Of a stretch of DNA of 64,000 nucleotides, positions 57,025 through 64,000 are shown one piece after another; within the stretch, counting starts at the first letter, position 1, and every line of letters begins with the position of its first letter. Source of the DNA: the human T2T-CHM13v2.0 reference genome, Homo sapiens; the NCBI RefSeq assembly GCF_009914755.1, contig NC_060930.1; one strand, written 5' to 3'. The notes beneath the pieces were generated by a model that did not search any database, was not told the origin of the DNA, and saw only the letters and a program-made list of their open reading frames with translations. A program made the position numbers and the translations under genes.

Positions 57025-58450
57025 ATAATAATGTATCTTTCTTCTTCTCTGATGGCTCTAAAGATTTTATCTTTTTAACTAGTTTTCAGCAATTTGATTA
57101 TAATATCTGTATAATGTGTGTTGGTGTGGCTTTCATTACATTCATTATTTTGGGATATCACTGAGGTTCTTGAATCTGTAGCTTAAAGTTTTCTTCAAAT
57201 TTGGAAATATTTCAGCTATTATATTCTTGGATATCTCTTCTGTACCTCCTCTTTTCTTGGAATTCAATAACATTAATCCTATACACTTTGATATATTCCA
57301 ACAAGTCTCTAAGTCCTTGCAAATTTCTTTTTCATTTTCTTTTCTCTCCATGTTTCAGTTCGGATGATTTATATTGACATGCCTTTATGATCCTTTCTTA
57401 CACTATCTTCTATCTTCTGACAAACAATACAATGTGTTTTCATTTCAGATTGTTTCAACTATCATTCCCATTTAATTCTCTTCAAATTTTTCATTTCCTT
57501 TTTTCTTACATTCTCATTTCCTTTAATCTTTGAGCACATTTTCAATAGAGGTTTTAAAGCTATTTTATACCAATTTTATCTGTTTTTTTCTATGATTTAT
57601 GTTTCTCTTATCTTTGAGTCACATTTTCCTGTTTATTATTATGTCTAGTACTTTTTATTTGATATTGAACATAGGTATATTACATTATAAACTGTTTGAA
57701 TTTTGTTGTCTTATTTTAATGATTGTAGAGTATATATTGTCAGGCATTTAAATGGCTTGCAGATCAATTTGATCCACTAGAGCCTCATTTTTCAGTGTAG
57801 TTAGTGCATAAGCTAGAGTTTGCTCTAGGACTACTAAGGTACAATAGCACTTTCAAAGTCTATCCTAACTAAATTAATGTTGGTCAACAATGTCTCTTCA
57901 TTCTGCTAATTTGGAACTCACACAGTCCTCAGCCCTGTGTAAATCCTGGAAACATTTCTAGCTTATAGCTCTTCAGTTTTTTGTTTGTTTGTTTGTTTGA
58001 TTGATTGGTTGGTTGGTTGGTTGGTTGTTGCTTTTCTCCCCACTATAGGTTTATTTTTGCCTGGCCTTGGGCAATTTCACCACATACATTTTCAAGTGAT
58101 TGTTAACCCAAACACTCAGGTAACCCTTTATGAATTTACAGAGCTCTTTATCTGTGTAGCTTCCTCCTCTCTTTTTTCCCAAGAATTCTATTTGGCTCAC
58201 CCACCCAGATTTTCAAACTCAATCTCCTTTAGTTAGTGATACAGCGGGGTTTTTTGCTTGTATTACCCTTTCTGGCCAATCCGGAAAGTGTCTTAAGGGG
58301 AAATATGAGAATAACTGATGCCAACTGAGTACTTCTCTTGGGAAATAAATATAGCCCTATGCTCTTCCATGTTTGATATCTGCAAACAGTATTGTCCAAT
58401 AGTTATTAATCTTCAGAGGGTATATACAGTACCAGCTATATCACTGGATG
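57025..58450 (-). mobile_element. Old L1M ORF1 and 5' region
   Basis: ORF 57145-57351 (EEISKNIIAEIFPNL) is ORF1p-like. Confidence 0.65.
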
Positions 58451-58693
58451 CAGAAGTTTCTCTTGTGAATGTTTAATTTCTATGTTAGTTTCCATTTCTA
58501 AATATTCAATTTTTTAAAAAAATCTACTGTTATTTTTTTCTCTATAAACACTTTCAAAGTTTACTTTCATTTTTTCTTCAAATACACTGATTCATGTTAG
58601 TTTTTAAGTGTTGGAGCTAATACCAACATAAGACATTTTGTGAATTGATGAATTGCCTATCATATCTGCTTTTTTGTGTTTATGGGGCCTTAA

Positions 58694-59003
<310 letters not shown>

Positions 59004-60899
59004 AAAAGTAGTGATTTCTAACTGTGTGTTGCTCATTTTACTCAGAGCCTAATTTCTGGGAATTTCCAAGGTCTAGGATACAGGTGCAATTCTCCAGATA
59101 GGATTTTTGTCTTTGTTGCCAAAATGAACATAGGGGAGCTATTGGCCCAGGACCACTTTAAATTAAAATCAAGGTTTCAGGTTTTATTGGCCAAAAGCTA
59201 ATATGAATTATATGTAAAAAAAATCTATGGGAAGGCCATCTCAGTTATAATTCCTCAGGGACCTTTATTAACTCCTGCATAACTCAGCACCAAGGTAATT
59301 TCTTTGATTAACCTTGCATGTATGTAGGAAGGTCAGATTTATATCTGGATTACGTGACACACTAAATTGTATGTGGTTTGTTTTTTTCTTCATATATCCC
59401 TTCAAGTCATATGAACATAGACTTAATTTCCCCAGATTTTGCAAATATTTTCAGGGTTAAAACTACTTCAACTCTGAATTCTTCAGCAGTTCCCTGACCT
59501 CACTGACATTTTTGCCTGGTAGTAAATTATCAAATTGTATTAAAAGACTTTTCAATATTTTAAAATACATCTTGCCCACCTTCCAAAGTTTCTTGTCTGA
59601 GAAAAGTTAGTGTGATATTTTAGCCAATTAATATGTACTAAATGGAAGTCCTTCCTAATTCCCTAAAGATATATTCAGAAAATATAACTTATGACATAGA
59701 TAAAAAAAATTAAATTTCAAACCCTGAGGAAGCAGGAGAGCTGCTTCCTTTTGATATAGATGTATAACAATATACAGATAAAAAGAAAATATTAACCAGG
59801 TTTCTAATAAAATTTAGAGCGTGACATCAGTTAGGAATAGGGAACAATTTAAAAAGTAGAAAGACAAGTAGAAGAAAAACCCAGTTATCACCCTTGAAGA
59901 ACTAATGAAGACTTTTAAGAGAAGATAAGACTTCTGCAGGAGATATGAATTTCTTGATGAATATCATATTTAGGTAGTATAATATGAAAAAATATTTAAA
60001 GAGAAAATATTCAAGTAACCAGTAAATAAAAAGTAATTTCTAAAGGAGAGATGGAGCTGAAGCAAATGAATTAACGAAATTGTCAAAATTACTAATACAT
60101 TGGCCTTAAAATTGAAATTGTATATTATGTTTATAAAAATAGTTGGATATTAAATTATAACTATAAATGACATGGTGAAATTGTTAAACTTAAAGAAAAA
60201 ATATAAACATTTAAGAAAACAATTTAGTCTATTGATAACTAAACCAAAATCCAACTGTTTTCATCCTTGTCTAAAAATCCCAAATATATATAAGAATATT
60301 AAATACCTGGAATGTTTAAGAATGTAAAGATAAATGTTAACATTTGAAATTATAACACTTATATAGTATTTGATATATATATATATACATATATTTGCAC
60401 TTTGTACATACATAATTACACTTTGTAAATATATATATTAACAGTTATTCTGTTGCTGGTCTGTGAAAACAAAAGATAGTAAGACATCTTGAGATTAGCA
60501 TGAACTTAAGAAACATGTATCTTTTATGGATAAATTGCTTGAAGACTTATGCAAAAACAATAAAAGCAAAATCCAATTTTCACCAAATAATTGTGACCCT
60601 AAATATTTTGAGATGAACTCCCAAATTAATTAGCTTATGATCTTTGAATGTATTGAAGAATTTTAAATCAATGAAAAAGACAAAGAATTGGTTAATAAAG
60701 TATTATATTTATAACCACAATCTAGATTAACAAAAATTGGAGGACAGATTTAAAGAATAGAAGAATGTCCAAACACATCTATTTTTAAAATGGCATTTTA
60801 AGAAATAATTTACTTTCATTGTGATATTTGCATTTTTAAACTTTAAGGAAAAATTGAAATACCTAACAGCATTTACATTTAGAGTCTAATCATGCAGAA

Positions 60900-61500
60900 A
60901 ATAATTGAGAACAAAAAATAGACATTTACAACAAAATGCAGATCTAAATATAAACTGCAAGTATGCCTAAAAGCATAATAGAAGAGTATAGAAACAATAA
61001 ACAACATAAGATATATGTCCATATATGGAATAATAAATCTTTCTTTTAAAAGTTACTTTACCACATAGTGTACAATAACAACTTCCAGTTCTATTTAAAA
61101 AAAAATCCAAACGGAAAAAAATTTCAAAGGCAGTAAGTAAGATGACAAGCAAAGATTTATTAAACAAATGCCAAAAGCAAATAGGTGTGGTAAAATTAGT
61201 ATGAGACAGAATAGAGAAGAAGGTAAAGAGGATGTACTGCGATGAAAAAGGTAGTTTTATATTGATTAAAAGATACAAATCCACAAAAGCCTGCAACAAT
61301 CATGAACCTTTTGCGACAAATTAACATTTCATGAAAAATGTATAAAGCAAAACCCATTAGAAATGAAAAGAAAAATTGATAAAAACACAATTGTCATCAG
61401 AAAGTTTAGCGCACCATTACAGATCCATGGCAGTTCAAGTAATTCTAAAGTATGAGCATATAATTTTAGAACAATATAATAAATAATGTTAGAATAATTT
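60900..61500 (+). mobile_element. Very old L1ME-type ORF2 EN fragment
   Basis: AAAGCAAATAGGTGTGGTAAAATTAGTATGAGACA ... CAATCATGAACCTTT. Confidence 0.5.
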
Positions 61501-62370
61501 CGAATGTTTTCTTCTCAACCAGAGCCTTCTGAGGAGAGTTTGTTTTGTAACCGTCATACTAAACATGGAAAAGCAACACAGAAGTAAAGCTTCCATGTGA
61601 CTACCTGTAGATGTGTTTTCCTCCATCTATTTTGTCCTCAGCAGGATGAGTAAAATGACTAATCCTGGGAAGGTATATTGTAGTAGAAATAGCACAAGGT
61701 CCTGCTCAGTTCACAATTCCCTCTTCTTCAGAACCAGCTGGAAATGGCAAGCCCATCACTTGCTTAGACATTGCTCCTTACCTGTCTCCTAACAATAGCT
61801 GCCTTAGTCCTGGGATTAAAATTAAAAAAAAAAAAAAAAAAAAAAAGTTCCGCTCACTTCCATTGGTAACAAATGTGAAGCCAGATGAACTGGCTCCTAC
61901 ATGTCCCCAGCCTTCATTGGTTTAGTGAAGCAACTCAGTCATCTTCAAACAACTTTCCATTTGTGAATCAATATAGGAAATGTTGTACAATTGTCCTTGG
62001 CATAGGCTCCCAAAATCCTGGTTTCATATTCAAGTTATACTATTTAATAGTTGTGTACATGTGCACATGCACATACACATACACCATTATACATTACACG
62101 TGATCCTCTTGAAATTTGATCAAAATTGCTAGTCATGTTAATTTCCCTCATCTTTAAAATCATTAAGCCAGTGAATATAATTTAATGCTTCTGTAAATTT
62201 TCTTCAACTTGGTTACTGCATCTGTTCTTTAGGAAATTTGAATTAAACCATAAGTGAAGTGAATGTGTGTGTGTGTGTGCATGCACACACATGCACGGCG
62301 TTTACCACTTGGTGGTTATTAAGTTTTGAGTGGAATGAAATTTGAAAATTCGTTTTATTTAAGTTAGGCT

Positions 62371-62690
62371 GGCCAGGCATGGTGGTTCATGCCTGTAGTT
62401 CCAGCGCTTTGGGAGGCTGAGGAGGAAGGATCACTTGAGCTAGGGAGTTCAAGACTGGCCTGGGCAACAGAGAGACCCCCGTCTCCACAAAAAATACAAA
62501 AAATTATCCAGCCATCATGTCGTGTGCCTGTAGTCCCAGCTACTCAGGAGGCTGAGATGGGAGGAGCACTTGAACCTGGGGATGTTGAGGCTGCAATGAG
62601 CCGTGATCACACCACTGCACTCAGCCTGGGCAACAGAGTGAGACCCTATATCAGATAAATAAATAAATAAGTAAATAAGTAAATAAATAA
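62371..62690 (+). mobile_element. AluJ with (TAAA)n tail
   Basis: GGCCAGGCATGGTGG start; GGATCACTTGAGC; GTTGAGGCTGCA. Confidence 0.92.
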
Positions 62691-62819
62691 TCACACGGAT
62701 CCTACTTTCCGTTCCAGGAGTGTAAGTGAACTGAACACAATCAATATTACTTAAATTTTTTACAATAAAAATGTATTTCCTATTTAGACAAATGGGCAAG
62801 TTTCAGTAATTCTGTCTAT

Positions 62820-63100
62820 TCTTTCCATGGAATACTATCTTTCTTTGGCATTCGTGATAAGACCCATTGTTTTCCACTCTCCTACTGCCTGCGTCTAAAG
62901 TGCTTATAACCTCAGGGCTTTGTCACAGGCCCGTTTCTTTTCACTTTACATGAGAAATTTCCTTCAATTCCGTGTATTCAGCTTTCAACAATATGCTTAT
63001 ATATTCCACATATCTGTCTCTAGTCTCAGCACCCCCTTTATTATTTGATGTAATGTTCAACTCTCTGTGTCTAAAATTGACATCAGGATCTTCCTCTAGA
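62820..63100 (+). mobile_element. L2 fragment
   Basis: CCTCAGGGCTTTGTCACAGGCCC ... ATCTGTCTCTAGTC ... GTCTAAAATTGA. Confidence 0.55.
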
Positions 63101-63214
63101 GCTTTTCTTGCCCTTGTGTTAAATATTGTAATGAAGTACATTCATTGAAACTAGAATAATACTAAAATGAATATTCATATGTCACTTTATAGTAGACAAA
63201 GGTTTATTTTTACA

Positions 63215-64000
63215 TGTATTTATTTATATTTGCTTGAGATAAAATTCCTACATGATTCACCATTTTCATCATTTTAAAGTGTACAATTCAGTGACTTTAA
63301 TACATTTGCGATGTAGTGCAACCATCACAACTATCTAATTACAGAATATTTTATCACCTGAAAAGGAAACCCCATACTCAATAAGGAGTCACTTTCTATT
63401 CTACCATTCCCCAATCATGGCAACCACCAATCTGCTTTCTGTCTGTATGGATTGGCTTATTCTAGACATTTTATATGAATGGAACTAAACAATGTGAAAC
63501 CTTTGGTGTCTGGCTTATTTCACTTACCATGATGGTTTCAAGGTTCATCTATGTGGTAGCACGGATAAGGTTTTTATAATTCTTATAGTTGGATAATATT
63601 GCATTATATGGATATACCACTCTGTTTCTATATTTGTCAGTAGATGGACATTTGGGGGTGTTTCCACTTTTTCTGGCAATTTTGAATTATGCTTCTATTG
63701 ACGTACAAATATTGTATGTACAAATATTGACGTACAAATGTCTGAACACCTATTTTCAGTTCTCTTCGGTAGATATCTAGGCGGAATTTCTGGGTTATAT
63801 ATTAATTATATGTTAAACATTTTCAGGAATTTACAAACTATTTTCTAGAATGGCTGCATCATTTTGCATTCCCAACAGCATTCCATGTGACTTCAAATTT
63901 CTCCACATCCATGCCAACCCTTATTTTTCTTTCTTTTATCTAAACTAGTAGGTGTGAAGTAGTTTTCTTTGTGGTTTTTGGTTTGCATTTCCCTAATAGT
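63215..64000 (-). mobile_element. L1MB-type 3' end; continues beyond the window's right edge
   Basis: TTTTAAAGTGTACAATTCAGTG..GTGCAACCATCAC..GGCAACCACCAATCTGCTTTCTGTCT. Confidence 0.88.

Overview
AT-rich, CpG-depleted primate genomic DNA (hominoid, probably human, judged from L1PA2-type and AluY elements). I recognise no protein-coding gene, RNA gene or CpG island; it looks intergenic or deep intronic. Roughly half of the window is interspersed repeat: L1s of many ages, nine near-full-length Alus, MaLR LTRs (MLT1, MST, and a two-LTR THE1 provirus with a perfect 5-bp TSD), L2/MIR/CR1 relics and DNA transposons (Tigger2a, MER5). Nearly all long ORFs in the track are L1, Alu or THE1 translations. 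I found no new biological system. The most notable structure is retrotransposition mechanics: five independent L1 insertions carry 5' (twin-priming) inversions, two of them end their inverted segment at the same CCCC tract in the ORF2 endonuclease region, and a young L1PA2 sits at the inversion junction of an old L1MA. Also noted are a palindromic templated-repeat patch, a 297-bp tandem duplication, and a speculative in-phase two-exon minus-strand ORF in unique sequence downstream of minus-oriented MaLR LTRs. Subfamily names come from recalled consensus features, not a RepeatMasker run; boundaries of old repeats are approximate.
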